Part shown: piece by piece, positions 20,163-29,340 of the stretch
Layout: each line of letters opens with the position of its first letter
Position numbering within the stretch: position 1 is the stretch's first letter
Program-made: the position numbers and the translations under genes
The notes under the pieces: generated by a model
Seen by the model: the letters and a program-made list of their open reading frames with translations, nothing else
Databases searched by the model: none
What the model was told of the DNA's origin: nothing
NCBI GenBank assembly: GCA_963727625.1
Contig: CAVSHR010000006.1
Location: 192,001-256,000 of the forward strand
Source: an uncultured delta proteobacterium
GTDB lineage: Bacteria > Desulfobacterota > Binatia > UBA9968
Direction of reading: 5' to 3'
DNA: 64,000 nt

Positions 20163-21143
20163 AAAGCGAAATTCGTTGCTCTCGCGCTCTGCGCTACGCT
20201 CTTTGCGCTATTGGGATCTGCTGAGGCGCAGCAGCCGAAGAAAGTCGAACGCATAGGGTATCTGGTATCAGTTCGTGGTGGGCTCGCGTCGACCGAAGAC
20301 GCGCTGCGAGCCGGTCTGCGCGAGCTAGACTACATCGAAGGACAGAATTTTGTCGTCGAGTCGCGATCTGCCGAAGGGAAGGTCGAGCGGTTACCGGGGC
20401 TTGCAGAGGATTTGATACGCCTGAAAGTTGACGTCATCGTTGTCACAAGCGTGCAGGGCGCTCTGGCTGCCAAAAAGGCTACTCAATCCATCCCCATTGT
20501 CTTTGCCGTCGCTCAAGATCCCGCAGGAAGCGGTCTGGTTGCCAGCCTTGCGCACCCAGGTGGAAATGTTACCGGAGTGACGGACTTCGCCCGAGAGTTA
20601 GCCGACAAGCGGCTGGAACTACTCAAGGAGACCGTTCCCAAGATCTCACGCCTAGCGCTCCTTTTGTGGAAACCGGCCGGACCGGACTATATGGCCGAGA
20701 GAAATGATATCGAGATGGCCGCCACAACCTTGCGAATCAAGATTCGGCCGGTCGAAGTGGGAAGCGCCAACGAGCTGGAGAGCGCCTTCGTGCGCATGGC
20801 CCAGGAGGGCGCCGATGCTTTTATGGGGCTGACGGACACGAGATTCGCCACCAATCGAAAACGGATCATCGAGCTGGTTGTGAAGAACCGTCTGCCGGCA
20901 GTGTATCAGGACTGGGTGTTCGTTCAGACCGGCGGTCTGATGTCTTACGGGACAAACCGTGTTCAGTGGCGGCGGCGCATAGCGTGGTACGTCGACAAAA
21001 TCCTTAAAGGCACGAAGCCGGCTGATCTTCCGGTCGAACGACCAACGAAATTCGAATTCGTTGTAAATCTCAAAGCCGCCAAGCGGATCGGCCTGTCGAT
21101 CCCGCCCAACGTGCTGGTGCGAGCGGATAGGGTGATTCAATGA
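20163..21143 (+). CDS. SBP array copy 2; signal peptide in frame but the start codon is out of frame
   Basis: Family motifs intact; KAKFVALALCATLFALLGSAEAQQ has no in-frame ATG (see findings). Confidence 0.8.
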   Translation, partial: KAKFVALALCATLFALLGSAEAQQPKKVERIGYLVSVRGGLASTEDALRAGLRELDYIEGQNFVVESRSAEGKVERLPGLAEDLIRLKVDVIVVTSVQGALAAKKATQSIPIVFAVAQDPAGSGLVASLAHPGGNVTGVTDFARELADKRLELLKETVPKISRLALLLWKPAGPDYMAERNDIEMAATTLRIKIRPVEVGSANELESAFVRMAQEGADAFMGLTDTRFATNRKRIIELVVKNRLPAVYQDWVFVQTGGLMSYGTNRVQWRRRIAWYVDKILKGTKPADLPVERPTKFEFVVNLKAAKRIGLSIPPNVLVRADRVIQ

Positions 21144-22144
21144 AAACAAGCCATAGCAAAAAAGCCAGCGTCATTGGCCTTACGCTTTTCGCCATGCTCT
21201 TTGCGCTTTGCCGTCCAGCCGAGGCGCAGCAAGCGGAGAAAGTCCCCCGGATTGGATACCTAAGCGGTAGCCCGCCTTCCGCTATCGCGGAACACAACGA
21301 GGCCTTCCGCCAAGGTCTGCGCGAGCTTGGATATATGGAGGGTAAAAATATTGTGATTGAGTGGCGATCTGCAGAGGGAAAACGTGACCGCCTACCGGCG
21401 CTTGCTACCGAGCTAGTGCACCTCAAGGTCGACGTCATCGTGACGGCTGGACCGTTAGTAACCCGTTCTGCCAAACAAGCAACTTCCACAATTCCGATTG
21501 TCATGGCGCAGGATCCCGATCCGGTCCGCAACGGGTTCGTTGCCAGCTTGGCACGGCCGGGCGGTAACATAACTGGACTTTCCAGAATTGCCCCGGAGCT
21601 AAGCGGAAAACAAATGGAGCTTTTGAAGGAGATCGTTCCCATGCTATCCCGCGTGGCCGTCTTCGGGACTTCAACCAGGCCGGGAAACGCACAAACGTTA
21701 AAAGAAGTGGAACTTGCTGCGGAGGGGTTCGGGGTGAAACTTCAATACCTAGACATCCTAAGTCCCAAAGATATTGTGACTGCATTCCGAGCCGCAGTTA
21801 AGGAACGGGCCGACGGCGCACTCTGGATCGTAACGGGCTCGATTGGGAATCCTCACCGAAAAAAGATTGCGGACCTCGCGGTGAGCAGCCGGCTCCCGGT
21901 GATATACTTTCAGCGAGTAGATGTGGAAGCCGGGGGGCTTATGTCCTACGGGGTGAACGTGGTCGACTTGCACCGCCGCGCCGCGGTGTACGTGCACAAG
22001 ATCCTGAAGGGCGCCAAGCCGGCTGATTTACCCGTTGAGCAGCCCACAAGGTTTGAGTTCGTAGTCAATCTCAAGACCGCGAACCAGATCGGCGTGACGA
22101 TTCCGCAGAACGTGCTGATGCGGGCGGATCGAGTTATTAGGTGA
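21140..22144 (+). CDS. SBP array copy 3
   Basis: ATGA overlap; SLARPGGNITG, KPADLPVEQPTRFEFVVNLKTA. Confidence 0.92.
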   Translation: MKTSHSKKASVIGLTLFAMLFALCRPAEAQQAEKVPRIGYLSGSPPSAIAEHNEAFRQGLRELGYMEGKNIVIEWRSAEGKRDRLPALATELVHLKVDVIVTAGPLVTRSAKQATSTIPIVMAQDPDPVRNGFVASLARPGGNITGLSRIAPELSGKQMELLKEIVPMLSRVAVFGTSTRPGNAQTLKEVELAAEGFGVKLQYLDILSPKDIVTAFRAAVKERADGALWIVTGSIGNPHRKKIADLAVSSRLPVIYFQRVDVEAGGLMSYGVNVVDLHRRAAVYVHKILKGAKPADLPVEQPTRFEFVVNLKTANQIGVTIPQNVLMRADRVIR

Positions 22145-22193
22145 AGAAGTTCGACCCGGAAACCAAATCGGGAGGCGGTTTGCCTATCTGGCG

Positions 22194-22544
22194 CTACCCG
22201 ACAAACCCATCTACGGGAATTAATCGCTTGGCGACAGGATCGACGCCGAGAAATAGGCTCTCAAGCGCTACGGCGCCGAGCAGCGGCGGACCGTCGGGCG
22301 CGATAAAACACGGAGTCGTGATCTCAGTGCCGTTCAGCGACAAACGTGCTTCGGCTACCGGCCAGACGTCTCGCTGTCCGCCGGCGATCACAACGCGTTG
22401 CGAGCGAGTGGATTTCAGCTCAAGCCTTTCCGCCAGGGACCGTGGCACTACGCTAAGAGTCGCACCGGTGTCCACCAAAAGCTCGACTTCTTCGCCACGC
22501 CCCGTGGGGCCAGTCAGATGCCCTTTTACGTGGAACAATCCCAT
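22194..22544 (-). CDS. Retropepsin-like (clan AA) aspartyl protease, cargo 1
   Basis: LLVDTGAT catalytic motif, PLLGAVALE; antisense to the array. Confidence 0.85.
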   Translation of the reverse strand: MGLFHVKGHLTGPTGRGEEVELLVDTGATLSVVPRSLAERLELKSTRSQRVVIAGGQRDVWPVAEARLSLNGTEITTPCFIAPDGPPLLGAVALESLFLGVDPVAKRLIPVDGFVG

Positions 22545-22625
22545 ATCAAAGGTCTTCCGAAAAACATGGTCATTGTAGCGCAGCTAGACAACAAAGCAAC
22601 AAAACTGGTTAGTCTATACAGGTTT

Positions 22626-22755
22626 GCCAACCCACAGATCTCCCGTCGAGCATCCGACCAAGTTCGAATCCGTGATCAATCTTAAAACCGCCCAGCAGAT
22701 CGGCATGACGATCGCGCCGAACGTCCTGGCGCGGGCGGATCGGGTCATAAGATGA
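22626..22755 (+). repeat. Orphan SBP 3'-tail A
   Basis: Translates [37 protein letters not shown], with 1-nt deletions at its 5' edge and no start. Confidence 0.9.
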
Positions 22756-22758
22756 CAG

Positions 22759-22831
22759 CACTGAGTTACGAGTGCTGAGGACTGAGGTGGTGATCTGTAA
22801 AGACCGGCACTCATGGCTCAGCACGCAGCAC
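22759..22831. repeat. Heptamer inverted-repeat leader
   Basis: CACTGAG TTACGAG TGCTGAG GACTGAG ... CTCATGG CTCAGCA CGCAGCA. Confidence 0.75.
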
Positions 22832-22846
22832 GTTTAGGGAGGAGAG

Positions 22847-23812
22847 ATGAGAAATAGTCTATTGCTTCTATTGGTCATAGTGGCCCTGGCCGTTGTCACC
22901 GCGGCTCAGGCGCAACAACCAGGGCGGATGCCGCGGATAGGTTATTTAAACATCGGGTCCAAAGTCGAGCGGCCATCTGAAGCATTCCTCCAAGGGCTGC
23001 GCGATCTCGGCTATGTCGAGGGAAAGAACATCATCATCGAGTACCGAGGGGATCCCCAAAGAAGGGAAGATCGACTGCCGGAGTTGGCGGCGGATCTGGT
23101 CCGTCTCAAAGTAGCCGTTATCGTTGCCCTGAGCCCACCGGCGGCGCGCGCCGCAAAGAACGCCACTCAGACAATCCCCATCGTCATTAGGACCACGGGA
23201 GACCCGGTTCGGGCAGGATTTGTTCAAAGTCTTGCTCGGCCGGGCGGAAATATCACGGGCGTTACCTCCATCTCATCGGAGTTATATGGCAAGCGGTTGG
23301 GGCTGCTCAAAGAGGTGATCCCGGGACTTTCCCGCGTGGGCGTTTTGCACAATCCGGACCGCAGCAACTTCAAGAAAATGCAGAGTGCGGCCAGGCCGCT
23401 AGCGTTGGAGCTTCGATCCTTAGAGGTCCGAACTTCGAATGATTTTGCCCCTGCGTTCACAACCGCAACCCGAGCCCACGCTCAAGCGCTCATCACCATA
23501 AGGACTCCACTTTTGAATAATCACCGAAAACAGATTGCCGAGTTGGCGATAAAGAGGCGGCTGCCGTCGATTTACGATGAAGTGCAATATGTCGATGTTG
23601 GCGGCCTGATGTCTTATGGGACGCACTTGGGTGACCTGCACCGGCGCGCCGCGGTTTTCGTCGACAAGATCCTCAAAGGAACTAAGCCGGCCGACATCCC
23701 AGTGGAGCAGCCAACGAAATTCGAGTTCGTGATCAATCTTAAAACCGCCAAGCAGATCGGTCTGACGATCCCGCCGAATGTGCTGGCGCGGGCGGACAGA
23801 GTAATTAGGTAA
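22847..23812 (+). CDS. SBP array copy 4
   Basis: RBS GGAGGAG, signal peptide, family motifs, ends [14 protein letters not shown]. Confidence 0.92.
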   Translation: MRNSLLLLLVIVALAVVTAAQAQQPGRMPRIGYLNIGSKVERPSEAFLQGLRDLGYVEGKNIIIEYRGDPQRREDRLPELAADLVRLKVAVIVALSPPAARAAKNATQTIPIVIRTTGDPVRAGFVQSLARPGGNITGVTSISSELYGKRLGLLKEVIPGLSRVGVLHNPDRSNFKKMQSAARPLALELRSLEVRTSNDFAPAFTTATRAHAQALITIRTPLLNNHRKQIAELAIKRRLPSIYDEVQYVDVGGLMSYGTHLGDLHRRAAVFVDKILKGTKPADIPVEQPTKFEFVINLKTAKQIGLTIPPNVLARADRVIR

Positions 23813-23859
23813 GTCCTGATCGGCGGACCGGTAATTTTCAAGAAAAGGAGGTGCAAGGC

Positions 23860-24834
23860 ATGATCACAAGGTCTCTCACCGTCCTGTTCGCTTGTGCGAT
23901 TCTGTTGTTTCACGAACCCAGCCAAGCGCAACAGCCGAAGCGAATCTGGCAGATCGGTTTGTTCCATGTGGGGTTGGACCATGTTCCGCCGTCATTTCCC
24001 GCGCTAAGGGAAGCAATCAAAGAACTGGGCTACGAAGAGGGAAAAAACAGCCATTTGGACTGGCGCAACCTGCCCGACGATGCGGCGGCCCTTGCTACCG
24101 CCCAAGAATTTACCCGCCAACCGGTCGATTTGATCGTGGCCTTTGAGGACCAGACGATTCGCGCTGCCAAGGCAGCCACCTCTGAAGTGCCAGTTTTATT
24201 CCTGCACGCGAATGCTCCTGTGAAGGATGGGTTTGTGAAAAGTTTTGCCCACCCTGGCGGTAATATGACCGGCTTCGTCACATGGCCCGTGTCCTATGGC
24301 AAGCGTGTCGAATTGTTCAAAGAGTTGATTCCTGATCTCCGCAGTCTGCTCCTGATCGCTCATCCGGACGATCCCGTCGGGCATCGCTGGCTGCAAGAAA
24401 TGCGCAGCGCCGGCGCCGCGCTGAAGCTTCGTTTGATCGAGCGCGAAGTCAGCAATCAAGCGGAAATCGAACGGGTGATGCGGTCCGTAAGGCGAGATGA
24501 AGTCGGCGGAGTCTTGGTAGCGTCTCTGATTCTCCGCAACAGTTACAGTTCGCTGATCGTCGATATTGCCTCGGAGCGGCGTCTACCCTTGGGGATGCAT
24601 CGCAAAGAATGGGTCGAGCGGGGCGCGTTGTTTTCCTATGCGGCGGACCTCGCCTCCGTCGGCCGGGCCGCCGCCCCCTATGTCGACAGGATTCTCAAAG
24701 GTACCAAGCCGGCGGATCTGCCGGTCGATCAGGTATCGCGATTCGAGCTGGTGATCAATCTGAAATCAGCCCAGAAACTTGGCCTGACGATTCCCCAATC
24801 GGTTCTGTTTCGCGCAACCAAGGTGATCAAATGA
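23860..24834 (+). CDS. SBP array copy 5 (divergent)
   Basis: SD AAGGAGGTG; SFAHPGGNMTG, ILKGTKPADLPV. Confidence 0.9.
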   Translation: MITRSLTVLFACAILLFHEPSQAQQPKRIWQIGLFHVGLDHVPPSFPALREAIKELGYEEGKNSHLDWRNLPDDAAALATAQEFTRQPVDLIVAFEDQTIRAAKAATSEVPVLFLHANAPVKDGFVKSFAHPGGNMTGFVTWPVSYGKRVELFKELIPDLRSLLLIAHPDDPVGHRWLQEMRSAGAALKLRLIEREVSNQAEIERVMRSVRRDEVGGVLVASLILRNSYSSLIVDIASERRLPLGMHRKEWVERGALFSYAADLASVGRAAAPYVDRILKGTKPADLPVDQVSRFELVINLKSAQKLGLTIPQSVLFRATKVIK

Positions 24835-24931
24835 TCGAGCCGAAGTCGCAAGTCGCGGAGGGCGAAACACGGCCCCTAGGAAACCTCGCAAGCGATAGCC
24901 CAATTAATTAAATCCTTCAAGGAGGTGGGTT

Positions 24932-25523
24932 ATGACGCGCAACAAAATGATTTTGTCCGTGCTGCTGGCGGCCATCGTCCACGCGGGCGGAGCATGGGCA
25001 CAACAATAGTTCACCATCAAGAATCTTGTCGAGAAAAAGGTGTAAGAGTCACCGGCAGGGTCGCTTTACTGGCGGATCGAGAACTTTGCCGGCCTCGCCG
25101 AGGCGCAGGCCGCCGCCGGTCCTACGGCACTGGCAGCTCCATCGATGGGCAAGGTTTGGCTCTTTACGCTCGGCGGCACCGGTGGATCAACACCGGGAGG
25201 CATCAAGGTCCTGAGGTCGGACCCATTCCCCTGTTCGTTGCGCCGGACTATCTCCTGCGTATCAACGAGGCGAGCGGCCCTCCTGGCAGCGTAACGTCCC
25301 AGCACACTCATCCGGGCTTCGAGACCTTCTACGTGCTCGCTGGGGAGCAAACCATTCGTACGCCTCAAGGCGTGCTCCGTGTTCGGGCTGGCCAACCCGC
25401 GACCGACCGTGACGCAGACAATCCGATGCGTTCTCGAGCAGCGGCTCGACAGATCTTCACTCCTTGGCGATGTTCGTGGTAGATGCCACCAGGCCTTTTT
25501 CATATCCGGCCACGCTGCCCTAG
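24932..25523 (+). pseudogene. Exported cupin-domain pseudogene, cargo 2
   Basis: SD AAGGAGGTG; MTRNKMILSVLLAAIVHAGGAWAQQ*FTIKNLVEKKV*..LYWRIENF../..HTHPGFETFYVLAGEQ../..MFVVDATRPFS; two stops and two frameshifts. Confidence 0.8.
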
Positions 25524-25543
25524 GCTGGCTGCGGTCCCGCATA

Positions 25544-25594
25544 CTCTCGATTCCTCCGAACGTGCTGGCGCGGGCGGATCGGGTGATCAAATGA
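25544..25594 (+). repeat. Orphan SBP 3'-tail B
   Basis: [16 protein letters not shown], 20 nt after the cupin stop. Confidence 0.9.
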
Positions 25595-25787
25595 CCTACG
25601 GGAATGCTCGGATCGAACTTTGTTCTCCATCAACTAAGTGTCGCATGAAGCCAAACTGAAGCGTAGTTCAGTTCAATCGGACGTTGAATGAGCATCTTCC
25701 CCCGAAGCACCGGTTCCCTTTCCACTATAATTCTTATTATTCTCAGCTTCCGTCTTTATCTTACATACGCTCGCGAACGAGGTGGAT

Positions 25788-26771
25788 ATGAAAAGACTTG
25801 GTTCACTATCAATCCTGGTTGCAGTGAGTTTGCTTACTGTTGCGATTCCGGCCGAGGCGCAGCAGGCAGTTCAACCGGCGCGTATCTGTTGGCTTTCCGC
25901 CGGTGGGGGCGGTGATCATTTGGCTCTCAATGCATTCCGCGACGGCATGCGTGACCTAGGGTACGTTGAAGGCCGCAATCTAGTGATCGATGCACGTTGG
26001 GGCGATGGATCTAAAAAGCTCCTCGACCAGTACGCGGTCGAGCTAGTACGCTCAAGCCCCCGGGTGCTCGTGACGCAAGCAGGACAGGCGATCTTTGCCG
26101 TACGTCGGACAAAGCCGACGATCCCGATCGTGTTCGGGCTCAGCGGCGATCCGGTGGAAGCTGGATTAGTCGACAGCTTCGCGCATCCCGGCGGTAATTT
26201 TACCGGCGTGTCTTTTCTTTCCCTTGACCTTGTCGGCAAGCGCATGGTGCTGCTGAAGGAAACCATTGTCTCGCTCAAGCGCGTCGCCGTGCTCGCTAAT
26301 CCGAGTCATCCAGGCGAGAAAAGCGAGCAGAGCGCAACCCGCGCTGCGGCAAAAGCGCTCGGTCTCGATTTTGAGTATTTTCCGGCACGGCCAGGACAGG
26401 ATTACGACCGCGTCCTTCCCGCCGTCGCCAAATCTCGTAGCCAAGCGTTATTTGTTTTTCCCGATGCTGGAGTAATCGGAAACAGTGAAAAGATCGCCGC
26501 CTTCTCAGTGAAGAATCGCATCCCGGCGATGTCCGGTTGGGCCGAATTTGCCGAGCGAGGAAATCTTATGACCTACGGTCCAATTTTGAATGAAGGTTAC
26601 CGGCGGCTGGCAACGTACGTCGATAAAATTCTTAAGAGAGCCAAGCCGATGGATCTGCCGGTCGAGCTGCCGAAGAAGTTCGAGCTAGTGATCAATCTGA
26701 AAACCGCCAAGCAGATCGGCCTGACGATTCCGCCGAACGTGCTGGCAAGGGCAGACAGGGTCATTCGATGA
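25788..26771 (+). CDS. SBP array copy 6
   Basis: Signal peptide, SFAHPGGNFTG, ends [14 protein letters not shown]. Confidence 0.92.
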   Translation: MKRLGSLSILVAVSLLTVAIPAEAQQAVQPARICWLSAGGGGDHLALNAFRDGMRDLGYVEGRNLVIDARWGDGSKKLLDQYAVELVRSSPRVLVTQAGQAIFAVRRTKPTIPIVFGLSGDPVEAGLVDSFAHPGGNFTGVSFLSLDLVGKRMVLLKETIVSLKRVAVLANPSHPGEKSEQSATRAAAKALGLDFEYFPARPGQDYDRVLPAVAKSRSQALFVFPDAGVIGNSEKIAAFSVKNRIPAMSGWAEFAERGNLMTYGPILNEGYRRLATYVDKILKRAKPMDLPVELPKKFELVINLKTAKQIGLTIPPNVLARADRVIR

Positions 26772-26797
26772 ATGGTCAGGCGAAAAGCTTGAGTTTC

Positions 26798-27262
26798 TCA
26801 GCTCTGAAGAAAATCGCACAGGACCAGTATTTCGATGGCGTTAACTTTCTTCACGCGCTTATCGTTGGTCAAAAACAGAGTGGCCTCCTGTTGAATGGCC
26901 GCAGCGATTTGCAGGGCATCGGGCAGCCGGAGCGTGTAGCGCGCCCGAATGAGCGCCGCGGCTTCAGCCAGTTTCTCGTCGATTGTTACGACGGAGAGCG
27001 AAGCGAAAGACTTCAGGCTGAATTTGATTTCATCGGCCAGAGAAAAGTTCTTATCGGCAAACGGTTTTGCGAGGATCTCGGCCAGTGTCACGGCCGAGGT
27101 GACGGCACGCAGAGCATGATTCTCCAAAAGACTAAATACCGGATCGAGAAGATCGGCATACGGAGTAACTTCCTCGATATAATAAATGAAGGGCGCGGTA
27201 TCGAGACCAACGACCTTGTGCTTTTCGATGACCCGTCGCAGTCTATGCGCGTTGCCATTCAT
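26798..27262 (-). CDS. vapC: PIN-domain toxin (VapC family), cargo 3
   Basis: VGLDTAPFIY, SAVTLAEIL, LRLPDALQIAAA, FLTND. Confidence 0.88.
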   Translation of the reverse strand: MNGNAHRLRRVIEKHKVVGLDTAPFIYYIEEVTPYADLLDPVFSLLENHALRAVTSAVTLAEILAKPFADKNFSLADEIKFSLKSFASLSVVTIDEKLAEAAALIRARYTLRLPDALQIAAAIQQEATLFLTNDKRVKKVNAIEILVLCDFLQS

Positions 27263-27488
27263 CCCGCAGCTTCTCTAGATAGGCATCAATCTTGGCGCGA
27301 CTGCCCCAGGTGCCTTTGCCGAGACCGCGCAGACGCCCGGCAGAACTTTTCGGTTTAGGCCGGAGGATAATTTTGTTGCCCTCAACGACAGCGGCCAACT
27401 GGTCGCCGGGCTTTAAGTCCAAGCTCTTGCGGATCTCTTTGGAAATGACGATTTGCGACTTTTGATTAAGAGTTAGCACCGATTCCAT
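27243..27488 (-). CDS. AbrB/MazE-like antitoxin
   Basis: KSQIVISKEIRKSLDLKPGD..IILRP; upstream of and overlapping the toxin. Confidence 0.88.
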   Translation of the reverse strand: MESVLTLNQKSQIVISKEIRKSLDLKPGDQLAAVVEGNKIILRPKPKSSAGRLRGLGKGTWGSRAKIDAYLEKLRDEWQRA

Positions 27489-27514
27489 AATTATACTCCA
27501 AATGATCGATTTGG

Positions 27515-27547
27515 GATAAATTTATCAGACTTGGGTTACTGAATCAA
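27515..27547 (-). promoter_or_regulatory. TA promoter with palindromic operator
   Basis: TTGATT-N17-TAAATT on the minus strand; perfect palindrome GATAAATTTATC (27515-27526) over the -10. Confidence 0.65.
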
Positions 27548-27555
27548 CTGACACA

Positions 27556-27624
27556 ACCGCGAAACAAATCGGCCTGACGATCCCGCCGAATGTGTTGGCG
27601 CGGGCGGACCGGGTCATCAGATGA
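27556..27624 (+). repeat. Orphan SBP 3'-tail C
   Basis: [22 protein letters not shown]. Confidence 0.9.
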
Positions 27625-27627
27625 CAC

Positions 27628-27686
27628 TGCTGAGGACTGAGTTGAAAATCAGGAAAAACTCAGTACTCATGGCCCAGCACTCAGGA
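27628..27686. repeat. Heptamer inverted-repeat leader
   Basis: TGCTGAG GACTGAG ... CTCAGTA CTCATGG CCCAGCA CTCAGGA. Confidence 0.75.
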
Positions 27687-27704
27687 CTTCCGTGGGGCGG
27701 AGCG

Positions 27705-28685
27705 ATGAAAAATATTTATTGTTTTCTTTTAATCGTCGCGTACTTGGGCGGCGGTGCAATCGCCGAGGCGGAGCAGCCGAAGAAGGTCTCTCGGATAGGG
27801 TATCTATCGGCGCTCTCACAACCCGCTGACTCTTACCGCAGCGAGGCATTCCGCCGAGGGCTGCGCGAGCTCGGCTATGTCGAGAAAAAAAACGTCACCA
27901 TCGAATACCGATATGCGAAAGGTAAGGTCAATGTCCTCTCCGAGCTTGCGGCCGAGCTTGTTCGTCTCAAAGTAGACATCATTGTTACGCAGAGCACGCT
28001 CGATGCCTATGCTGCCAGGCAATCGACAAGCGCAATTCCCATCGTCATGATCGCCAGCGACGATCCGGTGGGCACCGGGCTCGTCGCCAGCCTGGCGCGG
28101 CCTGGTGGTAACATCACCGGGCTGACATCTCTTTCCCGGGAGCTAAGCGGTAAGCGGCTGGAGCTGCTCAAGGAGGCGGTACGCGGACTCGCGCGCGTGG
28201 CGGTCCTCTGGAATGCGGCTAACCCAGACAAGGCCCGCGATGTCGAAGCGACGCAGGTCCAGGCAAGAACGTTAGGTCTAGAGCTTCAATCCCTAGAGGT
28301 GCGGGGTCCCGATGATTTTGACGGCGCATTCCAAACCGCCACCAGAAAGCGTGCTGGCGCGCTCCTCATGTTAGCAGACCCCTTGACCATTACTTATCAA
28401 TCACGGATCGTAAACCTGGCGACAAAAAGCCGGCTGCCGTCGATGCATGAGCAGAGGGAGTTTGTGGATGCTGGAGGCCTGATGGCCTATGGGCCCAGCC
28501 TTCTCGGTCTGTTCCGGCACGTCGCTACCTATGTGGACAAGATTCTCAAAGGCGCCAAGCCTGCCGACCTCCCTGTGGAGCAGCCGACGCAGTTTGAGCT
28601 GGTCATCAACCTGAAGACCGCTAAGAACATCGGCCTTACCCTCCCGCCTGAACTGCTTGCCCGGGCAAACAAAGTTATTAAATGA
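27705..28685 (+). CDS. SBP array copy 7
   Basis: Start after GGAG; signal peptide; family motifs. Confidence 0.92.
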   Translation: MKNIYCFLLIVAYLGGGAIAEAEQPKKVSRIGYLSALSQPADSYRSEAFRRGLRELGYVEKKNVTIEYRYAKGKVNVLSELAAELVRLKVDIIVTQSTLDAYAARQSTSAIPIVMIASDDPVGTGLVASLARPGGNITGLTSLSRELSGKRLELLKEAVRGLARVAVLWNAANPDKARDVEATQVQARTLGLELQSLEVRGPDDFDGAFQTATRKRAGALLMLADPLTITYQSRIVNLATKSRLPSMHEQREFVDAGGLMAYGPSLLGLFRHVATYVDKILKGAKPADLPVEQPTQFELVINLKTAKNIGLTLPPELLARANKVIK

Positions 28686-28795
28686 TAGCGCGCCTTGCAT
28701 GTGGAATCTTTTGCCTCTCGAAGAGAAGGATCTTTCAGCACTCGGCCAGATAAATGCGCCATGGACAACCTGGGCTCCTAAGAAGGGATAGAACG

Positions 28796-29338
28796 ATGAA
28801 GAGAAAAAAGCCTCTCATGGCAATCTTTCTAGGCGGCCTGCTTCTCCTGCTATCGACGCCGCTTCTTGCGGTGAACGTCGGGGATAAGGCACCGGACTTT
28901 GAACTTCCCAGCACGAGAGGAGGAAAACTCAAGCTGAGCAGCCTTCGGGGGAGAAATGTGCTGATTAACTTTTACCTCACTGATTACAGCCCCACGTGAA
29001 CCAAGCATATTCTCTCGTCCGGTGCGGACAATTACGCAAAGTTCAAGGCAGAGAATACCGAGGTTTTGGGCATAAGCGCCAATGCGCCCTTTTCTCAAAA
29101 GGCCTTCGCGGAGTTTCTGAAATTGAATTATCCCCTTCTCAGTGATTCTCAGGACCAAAAGGTCATGAAGTCCTACGGCGTATTCGACAAAGCGAGCGGC
29201 GGTGTCAAGCGTTCGTATTTTCTTATCGACAAGAAGGGCATTGTCCGTTTCAAGAGCGTCAGGCCCAGCGCCCTGGAACAAGACCTTCTCTCCACCGACG
29301 AGCTACTGAAAGAGGTCAAGAAAATCAACAAAGGTTAG
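28796..29338 (+). CDS. Exported peroxiredoxin-like (AhpC/TSA) selenoprotein, Sec at UGA 28997-28999, cargo 4
   Basis: [51 protein letters not shown] in one frame; no Cys anywhere in the protein. Confidence 0.88.
29017..29029 (+). promoter_or_regulatory. Putative SECIS hairpin
   Basis: GTCC-GGTGC-GGAC; loop starts 22 nt after UGA with G. Confidence 0.6.
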
Positions 29339-29340
29339 GG

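Noticed and set aside
24932-25523. Stop-codon recoding (TAG/TAA) in the cupin gene
   Set aside because: Two different stops plus two frameshifts indicate pseudogenisation.
26768-27358. 196-aa plus-strand ORF coupled to SBP copy 6
   Set aside because: Antisense shadow of vapC; the ATGA overlap arises from the tail's stop codon.
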